Origin: Macrostomum lignano
Taxonomy: Eukaryota
Assembly: GCA_002269645.1 (NCBI GenBank)
Contig: NIVC01001050.1
Span: 1 to 58,392, forward strand
DNA length: 58,392 nt
Direction of reading: 5' to 3'
Part shown: in pieces, positions 12,691 through 25,066 of the stretch
Layout: each line of letters opens with the position of its first letter
How positions within the stretch are numbered: the first letter of the stretch is position 1
Notes under the pieces: generated by a model
What the model was told of the DNA's origin: nothing
The model's input: only the letters and a program-made list of their open reading frames with translations
The model's database searches: none
Program-made: the position numbers and the translations under genes

Positions 12691-15600
12691 TATTTTTGAT
12701 TAATTAATAGATTTCACAAGACTTCTTTTGAATTAAAAACTCTAAAATTTTAGTACAGAATTTTAAATATTATAAAGGCCATCTATTAGTACTACGAAAA
12801 TTCTAATAGGTAGTTTAGACTTAATGATCTTATGATATGAATTTCATCATGTATATACTGGCACCAAAGTCTTTAAGATAGTATGGGCATTTACAAAGGC
12901 CCTATATTCTGCATATTTTATCAATGATCTATAAATTGACAATGGCTTTGTCATATAAAGGATTTTATATACTTGTAGTAATAGAGTATAACTTTAAAAG
13001 GTAGTATATATTATTAAATTTCTTAAAAAGAATCATTATTTCTTACAATAGTAAGCACTTTTATCAAGGAGCAGAATAGGTCAGTGATAACACATTTGAT
13101 TTATATGGCGAACCCTATTGGAGTGATTTTAAAATAAGTTGTGGATCCTTGTGCTAAGCATATAAATTTGCAGGTTTTTGGAAATTCACAGTTATTAAGG
13201 CCAACCTCCAAGTTTCAAAGTGTACATGCTTAATGATTGGGAAGTCAAGACTAGGCCTGCCCTTGCCCACAGCATTAGTAATAGCAGTTCCTACACTAGT
13301 GGTAGGCAGTATATCTTAGTACAGATGAGGTGGTTTGCTAGCTAGAGTCACCAATAGTACAAGTCACTTAGATGGACTAGGCTAGCAGTCATACATGTGC
13401 AACAACTGGTTGAGCCAGCTGGCTAATGAGGGGCCTGGCCAAGGTAAGTAGCAAAAATGCCAACCCAAAAAATAGACATTTACTAATTAGCTGGCAAGGC
13501 ATTTAGCCTTAATAATACAGTCATAATTACTCTTGCCATTTACCTAAAACTATGTTAATGTTTGATTTGGTTTCTTTCATAGATAAATTAAATCTTTGGT
13601 CAAAAAGTGGTGGCAGTGCAGCAAGTCTGATTAGGGGGAGTGGCAGCTAGGTAATTATCTCTTCCTAGCAAATTTTTAGAATTAGAGCAGTGCATTATGC
13701 AAAAAGTTCAAAATAATGCATATAATGAGCATATACTAAAAATTATAGTGGGGCACCTTATGGAGATATGGAAGGGTCATCACCCCCTAAGGGGATAGAG
13801 GATGGTCATTTTGGGGTAGCAGCCCTCTCTGCCCCCTGCCTATGGTGCTATTGGAAAAAATAAGTTATAAAGCCAGTCAATAGTAGGATCATGTATGTGT
13901 GCACTAGAAGTTACCCAAAAATATGCAAATATATTTTTTATTATTTTTAATTAATGTGCTGGGTATACCAGGCAAAAAATGCATTAGTACACTAGGTGTG
14001 CCAGTGGTAAGTCTGCAATCTCTTAGTCCTTAGCTTATTCTAGCTTTAACACTAACATTTATATAAATTAAAAGTGCAAACATTTTTTTGATAAAACTAT
14101 TATTTTTTATATATGTACAATCTATTTGCAAAAGAATTGTTAAATTATATAGGCCTACTTACAACCTAATGCTATATAATTTTTTAAACTTTTTTTAAAT
14201 ACTAAAATTTACATAAGGCCTAACTTAAATGTGATTTATTGTGCTTATATAATGTATACCCCCTGATTTACACTGGCCATGCAACTTACCTATAAAAGAA
14301 ACTAAGGCAAAATTAACACAATTTTAGGTAAATGGCAAGAGTAACTATGACTGTCTTATCAAGGCTGAATACCTTTTATAATCTAATTAGTACTACTTTA
14401 TATTCTTTTAAGTGGGCATTTTTGCAACTTACCCCTGGTCCACCACAATTTAAAGTGGCCAGATTGGCCAGGTCAGATAGAATTTGCACATAATATATAT
14501 TTTTATAAACAATAATGGCATGGTGCAATCTTTTTTAAGTCTAAAATAAGTGTATGTATACTATATAGTCCATGCTATATACCAAAATTTAAGCATATAT
14601 GCACCACAAGACTTTTTAAAAAAATTGTACTAGTATACACTAGGCCTAGCTGTTAAAATTGCTTGTCAGAAATTTCTAGCGCAAATGATATGATCTTATA
14701 TATGATGGCTTGTGTTGTATAGCCAAGGAGGTTGCACATGTATGTTAACAAAAATATAAAACCACATTGGTCACTTACTTGAAGCCATAGTAAGCCAGCC
14801 AATATGTAAATTAATAAGCCTTATATAAGAATATATAACTACTATGTAACTACTAACCTATCTAGAGGCCCCCTAAAATTAAATTATTATAGACCAAGGA
14901 TTCAAGGAAGAGCAAAAAGAAAAGAGCAAACATGGCAAGCAAAAGAAAATTTAGTCTAGAAAAACAAATATAGAAAAGACAAAACAAAACAACAAATTTA
15001 AAAAAATGAATAGGCCTAAAAAACTAAAGTATATTAGTTATAAAATATAACAGATATAATTTCAAAGGTTGCACTTATGTTATGATGATTTTTATTAAGG
15101 CAAAAGGTAGGCCTATTATAGCAATATAAAACATATATTTAATTATAGGCCTAAATTATATTGCCTAAGTTCAACAAACTTATTATAGATCATATTCAAT
15201 TCAATTAAAAAAGGTGATAGGCCTAATAGAATCATGTCCTACACTCCTACTATAATGGAATCCTTTAACCAGAGCCATAGGGCATAACCTAATAGTACTA
15301 GTAGCTGTCTACTAATAGGCCCTTTAGGCTTATTTAAATAGGCCATAGGACATAGGACATAGGCCTATGCATAGCCTGTAGCCCTATACGGCTAGGCCTA
15401 TAGCCATGGGATTAGGCCTAGCTAGGCCTAGTGGCTAGCCAAAAAAGCTTTTTCATTTGTTTTCCATTTATATATATCTATAACTGCTTTAAACAAATAG
15501 GTAACCATTTATTATAGAAGTTGTAGGCGTATTCCAAATAAAGTTTGAATATCTTCAAAACATTACCAAACAAAATTTCAACTCAAATCAAATCCATTGA

Positions 15601-16379
15601 TGTAGGGCCTAACTCATTGAAATTGAGTTAATGATGTAGCTTTCTTGACTTCATTGAATAATTAAATCGAAGCTTTGAAAAATAGCCTAGCGGTTGAATA
15701 ATGAAGATAAAGATCCAGCCTCCCACTCTTTTATCAAATTATTCAGTCAGATCGAAAGCGCAGAGCCTAGAGTATGTATGAGAGTTCTCAAATTCAAATC
15801 TTAAGCAAACACGTTTTGAAATAGTGCACAGTTTTTTATATCTTCGTGAAAACGCGATCGTGAACTTAAAATATTCGATCGATTACCATTATCATTTTGT
15901 CAACATGACTAGAGGAAACGTCAACTTAAATCCGAAGTTCGGCTCTAAACCGCTCGCAGTGGTAGGCAAGCATGCCTGTGAAATATGAAACAGACGTTAG
16001 GCCTATGGGCTGTTGTCTGCGTCGATGTTTCACACCTGCTTAGCCTCTTTCAAAGAATCCCGCGAGTGTTCAACGTGGACCCTAGGACCACTGGACAGAC
16101 TGGGAAACGGCGCCGGTCACCCTTCCGTGGCTTTGGCCTTGAGCCTTAGCCGCTAAGGGTACGGGTTATCCCGCGGTGCGCCTACCTGTCGTTTTCCTGT
16201 CGTACCCTAGCTTTGACCGTAACAGCTGGTACGCAGCTAGACTGCGGGACCTGGCACTGCTATACTGCCCTCAATGCCTAAGGTATTGACCGCGCCGAAG
16301 GGCTGAAGGTCGGGGAGCAAAACCGGCCGCTGTAGCTAGCGGTTTTCTTTTTTATTTTTTCCACCCTTCTTTCGTGACT

Positions 16380-17340
16380 CTGCTCACCCTTTCCCGCTTT
16401 CAGCCGTGGCTTCTACGGCCTCAAACAAATCCCGCTGAAGCCGGGAGGGACCCCGGCAACTCCGTCCAGAGCAACTCCGTTCTACCGGGGCAGTTGGGCT
16501 CGCCGCCGGCTCGTCAGGCGACAAGCCCGCATGTGCAACCGGGCCCTCCGTGGAGGCCCGAAGTGCCCACAATCAAACGTCGCAATTAGCGGCGACGGCG
16601 ACACCGAGACAGGGAAGCTGCGGGTCGGCCACCTGCGAAGGGGAAACCTCGGGAGGTCGAAAGCTGCTGTTGGGCCGAAAGGAGCCAGCGACCCCTGCCC
16701 CCCCCCCCCCCCAGCAAAAAACCCCCGTTTGATGTGCCACCCAGAAAACCTGCCATCAGCGTGACCGAGCCTTCGTGAGCTGCCGCTGCCACCAACTACG
16801 CCTCAAAACTCAAAGCTCCAACAAGCTCCTCCTCTTCGGGGAGGAGCAAGGAACTCACTGCTGATCAACTCGACAGTGCCCATCATGGCGCACCTTTGAT
16901 GCTGCGCTTATGACCAGCCAAGATCGAAGGCCGCATCTTTATCTGGTGCAACTCGGAGGCGATCCTGCCAAAGCTGCATGCACCCTGCACCTCGAGGTCA
17001 ACGGGATCCTATACACCACACGTCACTTCCCGTACGGAGAAGGGGACCATGCACGGTGATCCTAGGGCTCTCTAACGCTTGGGCTAAGCGCTTGCCGCCT
17101 AAGCCACAATTCAGCTTGGTCTGACTCAGCTGACCATCCTCCGTTGCGAGGAGCGGAAAGCTGATGAAGCCAAGCATGCTGAGGCTTCCGAAACCGGAAC
17201 TGGGGCCCAGGCTCCTCCGGTAAAGAAGCTGAGGCAAACGGCTGACTCAAGCCCGGTAAGGCAGTCCGCGCTGCTGAAACCAGCAATCGCAACCGCAAAC
17301 CTGCCAGGAGCACCCGGAGGTGCGGTCTGATTCAGCGCGC
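16380..17340 (+). other. GC-rich block with fragmented reading frames, possibly a decayed retroelement ORF1 or pseudogene
   Basis: Protein-like pieces in different frames (PAKIEGRIFIWCNSEA; LHLEVNGILYT; EERKADEAKHAEASETG...) are interrupted by stops and frameshifts. No recognisable domain. Confidence 0.25.
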
Positions 17341-18282
17341 GCTGAGCGCCTCCGGGCGCTCCGCGGGTCCGCGATAGGGTGTTCCAGCTGTTTGGTAGAT
17401 CAGTAGTTCAAGGCAGCTTTAACCCCCTAGGTGTAGCCCCTCCTAGATTCGTCTTTGATTGCAGGTACATGTATTTAATTAACAGCAGGTGTGTTTATTT
17501 GCATGTAAATGTGCATTTGCATGCTTCACAGCCTTTAAAGTACATGTACGATAGTCTACTACATGAATATGCAGTTAATAGATCGATCAGCCTTGCATAT
17601 GAATACTGTCGTGACTGCTGGAGCACAAACAGGAAGTTCTGGATTATCCTACATCAACAGGTTACACTTTCTGAGAGCGGGACGTTAACTCCTCTAACTG
17701 GATCAAGTTACCCGCGGTCAAATCCAATGTTGCCAGGGAAAGCTGCTGTTAATGAGAAGCGAGCCATCTGTGCGCACGCCAAAACTCGATCGATGGACAC
17801 AAGCAGAATCATAATTTACTCGTATCTACATTGTTCTGTTTGTTTGTGCCGAAGGCTAGTAAGAAATTTTACATTCGAGTAAGGCCTATACCTATGTAAG
17901 TGGCCCAAGTGGTGCAAGTTACACTAAAGAATACGTGTAACTACGAGCTACCTCGTCATGTATGTATTTCTGCTCAAGCTAAAGGATTCTACCGAAGTAA
18001 ATTTAGTTTGCTAGAGTGCAGTGGAAAATGTTTCAAAGAGAGGGAAAACCGCAGTTTAAAAATAGAATCGTCTTAAAAATAGTCTCGTATAGCTCCAAGT
18101 TCAATTACATGTAAATTGTTGTACATGTAACATGTCAATTACGGAATTACGGAGGAAATATAGAAGAAACAGTTCAAAGTGCAGCTGTGCAAAAATTGCT
18201 TAAAAATATGATAAAAATTTCAAAAGATACAAACTCATAAGGTAAAAATTGAAACTGTCAGAAGAAAATAAATAAGGAATCC

Positions 18283-21198
18283 TCAGTACATGATGCTGCT
18301 TAAGTCCCTGGGTCGACGGCCCCGATCAACTTCATCATCGTCATCGCTGTCTGCATAGACGCTTCTGTTCTTATCCGCTCTGTGGTTGGGTCTGCTGGCA
18401 GCGGAGGTGGTCCGGGACCCCCGCCCCGCAGATCGGGCCCGAGATTCGCCAGCCGTTCCAGTCCCAGACACCCGCACTGTTGGTTCCTCCAGATCATTGT
18501 CAGCTCGAGTTCGAGTTGATTTGCCGCTTCCATTTCGACTGGGACGCGATCGAGCGCTTTGAAGTCGTCGACTAGGCTGCTCCTGCTGCGACTCTGACGT
18601 CGGTTTTGGCTCCTTAGACTCGCTTGAAGGCGACGACGGTTTAGCAGCATCGGCAGGCTGAGCCGTTCGATTTTTGGTCGAAGATTTCGGGGATTTTTCT
18701 TTAGACCGATCAGTGCGAGATTCGCTCTTTCGGGCAGCAGCACTGGCCCTGTCGCTTGACGCAGGTTGAGCAGTGGAATCATCTCGGCTGCTTTTTAGTT
18801 TCCTGGTGATGAAGGAGTGGAGTTACATTTGTATACACTTGTGCTTTTCAGCATAATTTTCATTATAAGTGAAGGTATAATGTGTCAAATTACAGTTGGC
18901 ATTCTCAGCAAAATATTCACCTGGATCTCCAAATCTTCGGATTTGTCTCAAACAGTCGCTTGTGGTTGCCGTAAATCCAACCAGAATAGCGCTTGTGACT
19001 GTCTTCTCGGCCGCCGCCTGGATAGAGTCAAAGTTGGTCCATGAATCAGTTATTGCAAGATTTACGGGTAAAAGATAAAAAACTGACTAAATTCAGGTGG
19101 AAAAGAAGATAATATTCAATATTATTCGATCATTTAAGTGAAAAGTATAAGGACGCTATATATACTTGCAAAACCAAGCAAGTTTGCGCTTTGTCAGAGG
19201 CAGATTCATAAGTTCGTAGTTTTAAAATATGCCGGAGATCGGCAAGCAAATTGCGGCAAAATTACAATCGATCCTGTCTCCTAGTGCATGTTTAAAAATA
19301 GTTCTATCTGGTTAGATTGTTGTTGTTAAACGGGGTGGTAAGCCGGGGGCTACCAGCGGATCAGGCCTGAGAGGGGCTCTGCCGCTGAGGGGCACTACCA
19401 GGGGCATAAAGCCCGATATACCCGCCTGATTGGACCCCGACGTCTAGGCCAGGGGAATTTTGGAGGCTACTAACCCAAGCCTATGGTACAAGACACCGCC
19501 AACCCAATATTAGTGGAATCAGGGACGGAGCTAGGACCGAGTCCACCCAGGCCACCACCGAGCAGACAAATCCCGGGAGTGCGCGAAAAAACAGAATTGG
19601 AATTGAAAATGTTTGGTATACTACTGAAAGCAGTCCAAGAGCGGGGAAACCCAGAAGTCTTGGAAATTGCTTAACTATTGGAGCGAGTCTGGAATGCTTG
19701 TATCCGAGGGCGAGTCTCCTATCAAGCAAAATATTGCGACTACCTATAGGGCTGCAAGCCACAAGTGTATCACCTAACCAGCTCTATATTGGAGGCCAGG
19801 CCAAGGGGGCGGAGAGGGGCACAAGGGGCGGGTCGGCCATTGTGGTGCCATTTGACGCCAAGCGGAAAGATTTGCGCTGTGCCGATCTGCTTTTATGTTT
19901 TCTTATTTTTCTTAGAAAATATATTTCGAGACGTGAAAACTGAAGGCGACGCTGCGGCGGCAGCTCATGGATTCGGCGCCTTTGAGGCTGCTCCATGCGG
20001 CCCTTCAAGCTGACCAAGGCCCTGAAAAAGGGGACTCAGCTGCAATGCCTGTCCACCATCCTGCGCCAGCGACAACGCCACGTGATCCGAGCCAAGTGCT
20101 ACTGTTTCCAGCCTATACAGCTGTTTCAGCCGCTCGTAAAGGACGTCCAGCGCTGCTCACCCTACAGGACCCATTTAGGCGGGGCCAAATGCGAACCCGT
20201 CCATACGTGGGCTCCCTGTTGCGCGACGCGAGTGCATACTTAAATATTTAAAATAAAATATGCAAATTATGTTTGAAATCCCATACCTTTGAGCAACTCG
20301 CTCATGAGCAAGCCATAGTAACTGTTGCTAAGCGACCGCTTGGTGTCATCGAGACTGTAGATCTGAGCAATCGAATGCAAGTAGCTTCTCTGCCCTCGAC
20401 TGAGTTCGGGATGGTTCAGTTCCGGGACTTTATTCAGAGTGTTCTTAGGCACGCAGAAGCGAGACTGGATGCGATGAGGCGGCTCAAGACAGGGCGGTAT
20501 CAGGCCAGGCTGCCAGGTGTGCCGACCGCTTTGGGATCCTGCGGAGGGGGAGTATACATGCAGTTCGGCAGGTACATGCATGTACAGTAAAAAGATTTTT
20601 TTAATCAATGCGTAGCCATAAAATAGTTAGGTAGGGTACCAGCCCCAGTTCACTACAATAAGAGGAGCCACTGTTCCCCTAAATCAATCCGACGTCACTG
20701 ACGAATATGTACTTTTACATTACATCGACGGATAATGACGTCATACGTCGCCTGAACGTCGGTGCAATGCAAAAGTACATATTTGTCAGCGACGTCGTTA
20801 GACATCCGAAACGTCGGCCTGTATCTGCATCGAGCCTAGCCACATTGGTGATGCAGGAAATAGTAAACTCTCAGCACTATAAGGTCTTATTTGAGGAACT
20901 CATTAAAGAGTAACTATGCAACCTAAACATGCCTGGAGTCTGCGGTATTAAAGTAGTCGCATTTTCCCGTGTCGCAGACGCGGCAGGGATCCATTCGTCT
21001 TTGTCCGCACCGCCGCGTTCAGTGAAATCTGCAAGATCAGTTTGCAACAAAGAGTACATTCTATGAGCTTGAGAACTTACTAACTGAGCCTCTGCTAGTG
21101 CTCAGGGCCGCCAGTAGGTCAAGAAACTCCTCCTGGTCGGCTGTCTCCGACCTGCGCGAGCTGCTACCAGCCATCTGGTCTCGTCGACTGTTCGACAT
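18283..21198 (-). CDS. Hypothetical 4-exon gene, low-complexity S/R/K/D-rich protein (~276 aa); exons 21198-21081, 21028-20933, 19017-18921, 18802-18283
   Basis: Phases 1,1,2 match across all junctions and give an open frame: MSNSRRDQMAG...QEEFLDLLAALSTSRGSVNFTERGGADKDEWIP...QTPGGGREDSHKRYSGWIYGNHKRLFETNPKIWRSRKLKSSRDD...SDDDDEVDRGRRPRDLSSIMY*. Intron 2 needs a GC donor (CAG|GCATGT). Confidence 0.5.
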
Positions 21199-22009
21199 TA
21201 CTGACAAAAAACTACTCAAAAGTATTCTGATGGGGCATGTAAGTAGAAGCAAACGTTGAAGCTCACACAACGAAGTAATATTTGTTGAGCTCAAATGTTT
21301 GCCATCTTATCGCTATATTAGTATTGGCTTAATGATACTCCGAGGTCTCTCTGCCTTCCTTTACCTGCTCTCCGAGTACACAGGAGAGCTTTATTGTTCT
21401 TTTTCAGTCTGCCGTCTCTACTAAAACTCTTTCGTTTTGGCCCGCTCGCGGTTTAATTATACTCACTTCTGCTGATGAGGCGTCCCCTGTGACTATGGGC
21501 GAGTTCTTCAAGATCTACAGTACGTCTATAGTGGACTCAACTTGATGACGATCTGACAAGTATCGCGCTCTCAAATTCTCTTTCTCTCTCACAGAATTTG
21601 GTCGGCATTTGCGCTCTATCCCCAGTCTCTCTCCCTCTCTTCATCTCTTCTCTTTTTAGTAAACCGGCCGCTTTTTTAAAAACACGTTGCTATGAAAATT
21701 TATATGGCGCTCTCTGCGTGCAGTCTAAATTGAGCTGTGTGATGTAAGCACAGAGAGGTGAACAATAAATAAGCACTACTGACTTAAAAGTAGTGCGTTA
21801 CGGTTATGGAAACCAATTGAAATGTAATTTCCGCTTATCTATTGTACCATTGGCAAGCATATGTCCTGAACTGGCTACGCATGTATGTAAATGCACAAGG
21901 TTACTGGAGCTTCAGCGCGTACCTAGATTCTGACAGTGCAAGTACGAGCGTATATATGGTAATACAAACTTGCACGCTTCATTACATGTACATGTATGCT
22001 TTTAAATGA

Positions 22010-22090
22010 CGGGTAGAGCAGTTCAGCGGCAAAAGCGTCTTAATCTCGCACCACGACTCCCTGGTTCGATTCTCCACATTAGTTTTGGGC
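22010..22090 (+). mobile_element. Degenerate tRNA-like/SINE head
   Basis: GGGTAGAGCAGTTCAGCGGC...CCTGGTTCGATTCTCC has A-box/B-box-like spacing, but no clean cloverleaf is visible. Confidence 0.35.
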
Positions 22091-22782
22091 TTGAGCACGA
22101 AAGTTTACTAGGAGCTTGTGGTGCGATGCCTGACGATTAATAAGTCTGAATCGCTGTACACCCTGTGTGAGCGTGTGTCTAAGTGCGTGCCAGCGTACAG
22201 TATTGGCGTGCTTGTGTGCTCAGGAGCCAGCCGAATGGGCGGAATCACCTGGTTGTGGGACGATGTCACCAAAGGCGTTGCGCCAGGACGCCTACAACCA
22301 TCGAGCGAATCTTTATTTTTTTCAAGATTCTAATCAAGTAAGACAGACCCCCAATAGACCCCAGAGGGGCCATGGATTGATGCCAGAGATTCATGTGCCC
22401 ATAAAACTGCTGCCTTCGCTGCTGAATTGCATGAATACCGGCTGGAGTTTCTGGCATGGTTCATTGAACGTTGTTCTACGATGGCTGTGCCTTCTTAAAC
22501 GTGCTGAGTATAGAGGCTCAGGAATCAGATCATAGGAAAATTATTTGAAAAGTTTTTTGACTTTACTCTTGGATCTTTTTGAGTGAGAGAAGATTGTGCG
22601 AGAGAGCTTGGGTAGAACAGTTTCCGTTCTGGGCATGTTCGTCTTAAAAGAGCTGCAGTTGTGCAGGCGGAAATGTGACATGGACTCAAAGTGGGTGTCG
22701 CTCAATTTAAGCTTTCACTGAGAGGGAGAGCATGTTGTGATTGACTGGCATGATTAAGTTTACTAGATTATTGTATTAAAGG

Positions 22783-23115
22783 GGGTTGTAGTCTAGTGGT
22801 TAGAGCGTCGGAATCAGATCAGGACTGAAAGGTCGGGGGTTCGATTCTTGACCCACTCGGAACAATTTGTGTCCTTGAGCAAGACACTTAAACTGTGCAT
22901 TGTTTCAGTTCACCCAGCTGTAAAATGGGTGCCAGCATTAGTTGGGGTAATTGAGGGTGTGTGGCGACCCCCCCCCCCCCCAGTCCATCGACTGAACAGC
23001 CGTACGCAGCTTTCAAATGCGCCGCGCAATAGCTGCCACTGAGCTCTCGGATTCTACACTCGTACATCTGCCAATTGGGGCAGGTGTAATCAATTAAAAT
23101 TATTAATAAATTATT
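22783..23115 (+). mobile_element. tRNA-derived SINE, second copy of the family at 1961-2275
   Basis: A box TAGTCTAGTGG, B box GGTTCGATTC, GTGTCCTTGAGCAAGACACTTAA, CCCAGCTGTAAAATGGGTGCCAGC and an AT-rich tail; colinear with the first copy. Confidence 0.85.
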
Positions 23116-24244
23116 ACATATGCGAATTCTAACATGAACTAGGGCTTCTTTATTCTCACCTCTAGCAAATGTTGTCGACCGATGATGAGAATGAAACGCG
23201 GCACCTACGGGTCTTGATATGTTGTGAATATGTACTTTATACAGATATTTGAAATGTAAAGAGTTTACGAAGCTTAAAAGCTTTAGCTATACTGCACCTG
23301 TAACTGGGGGTTGTTCTGCTTCGAAATCGCTTTCTTTTGTCCAGCGACTGCGTGCTTCTGCTCTGAAATGAGTGGCGGTTGGCTGGTCGGCCATTCTTCT
23401 TCTACTTCTGCTTTCGCATTTCACTTTAACTCTGTAAAAATTACCTCACTTTGAAGAATTTGGCGATTGTTTGCATAAAGGACTACAACTATTTCTACTG
23501 GAATTTCTACCATTCACGAGTGTAATGTCCTTTCCTGAGTTGTTAAGCAGTCCTTGGCTTGCATTTCAGGACTAGAAAGCAAGTTTGAAATTAGAAAAAA
23601 ACTCTTTACTTAAAGGCTCGTTTGCACGGCCATCAACTAAGGCCAGCATATCTGAAATCACACGAAATTTGAAAAACACAATGTATAACACGAAATTTTT
23701 ACATTGGTGACCGGATTTGTTGGCTTATTCAGACTCAAATAGACTCAAACATGTGGACACCCTGCGCCTTGTAGGTTGATACTCCGCTCCCTTTATAATA
23801 TCTTACACGATGGGCTTACCGAAAAGCAACCCTCGGCCGTTGAGTCTTCACTGACAGCAGCTGATGGTACCGAAATGAGAAGCTGGTTATGCTTCTGAAG
23901 CTGGGCCATTTTAAGCGAAAATTGGACAATTCATCTAAACTGTGACACTGAAATTTGTAAATTATAAAGTATCAATACGAGCAATTGACGATTGGTTCTT
24001 AGAATATTGACGAATCACTCACTTTGAAACCAGAATGGTTTAGTAAATGTTAGTAACAGTAGTATAGTTGCAGTGTGAGCATCGTAAAATACTGTAAATT
24101 GGTGTTGAGTATGTTGTAATTTCTAATAACTCTACGATGCTCAATCACGCTGGTGCATGTACTTTTAAAATTGAGTACATATAAGGCTGTCAAAAAGACA
24201 CCATAATGTTCATTTAGTTCAATAAATTTCGACATACTATAAAC

Positions 24245-24640
24245 ATCCTGGAGTTTTAGTTATTGAGGCGCTTCCTGAGAGTGAGCTTGATAACTCGGCG
24301 AATAAGGATGTTCTGCAAAGAGCTGGCTGCAGAAGGAAGTTGACGGCAAACATTCGGAGACGCCAGGTGTAGTTCTTTGGGCATATTATGAGGCATATTA
24401 TGAGGAAGGGAAACATCGAGCAGCTGTCAGTGACTGGGAAGATTGAAGGAAAAAGTGACCGGGAGAGACATTGAAAAAAATTTGTCTTGTCTTGAAAAAC
24501 CTTGTCTCATTAATCACAATGAATAGACTTGAACACCCTGGAAATACTCCACGTCTCAATGGACCGTGCTTCGTGGAAGACCGTGGTAACCAACGTCCTC
24601 CGTCAAAATGGCACCTAGAAAGAGATAAACATCCTGGTCG
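24245..24640 (+). mobile_element. 3' remnant of an RTE-clade non-LTR retrotransposon
   Basis: Translation NKDVLQRAGCRRKLTANIRRRQV*FFGHIMR...KGNIEQLSVTGKIEGKSDRER matches the characteristic RTE ORF C-terminus (FGHIMR...GKIEGKR.RGR). It contains stops and a small duplication (GGCATATTATGA x2). Confidence 0.8.
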
Positions 24641-25066
24641 AGCGTTACACATTGCGGTGCATTTCTAAGATTTACGTGTGTACCAGCGTCTTTACTTGAT
24701 GTGCATCACAGACTACTTGAGAACTAAGAATATTCTATGCCTATGTGAGGGCGAAAATATACGAAGCGTGTGTGCGTGTCGCGTCTTCAATAAGCGAGTC
24801 CGTGATGTACATATGATTCGTGATGACATATGATGTAAGGTCAACGTTACAACCTCTAAGCTGAGCTGACAGAAGTTTAGAACTAAATTGGATTTGATAA
24901 GGACTTTGCGGGTGAATGGGTGTATATACATGTATTTGATTAGTTTATTATGTATATTCATGCAAGAACAACGTGAGAGAATGGCATGTGAGCATCAAAC
25001 CAAAACTTTAAAAAGGCAAACCGTGAAAAAATTCATAATTACTTTCATAATTCAGTTAATCAAAAT

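Noticed and set aside
12890-12950. LINE RT remnant (GPIFCIF / FINDL)
   Set aside because: Needs a frameshift, is only ~12 residues long, and no FADD/YADD motif follows; too weak to call.
17160-17196. Hammerhead-like CTGATGA-AGCC...GGCT-TCC-GAAA
   Set aside because: Extra bases lie between stem II and GAAA, stems I/III cannot be formed, and it reads well as protein (KADEAKHAEASET).
19483-20913. Several + strand ORFs of 60-110 aa (possible nested or viral genes)
   Set aside because: No recognisable motifs and no consistent exon chain; they lie in the predicted intron of the minus-strand orphan gene and are left unassigned.
22010-22090. Functional tRNA gene
   Set aside because: Only box A/B-like motifs; no consistent acceptor or anticodon stems by eye.
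22125-22160. Hammerhead-like CTGACGA...GAA downstream of the tRNA-like head
   Set aside because: Stem II is unpaired and the core reads GAAT rather than GAAA; at best a dead relic.
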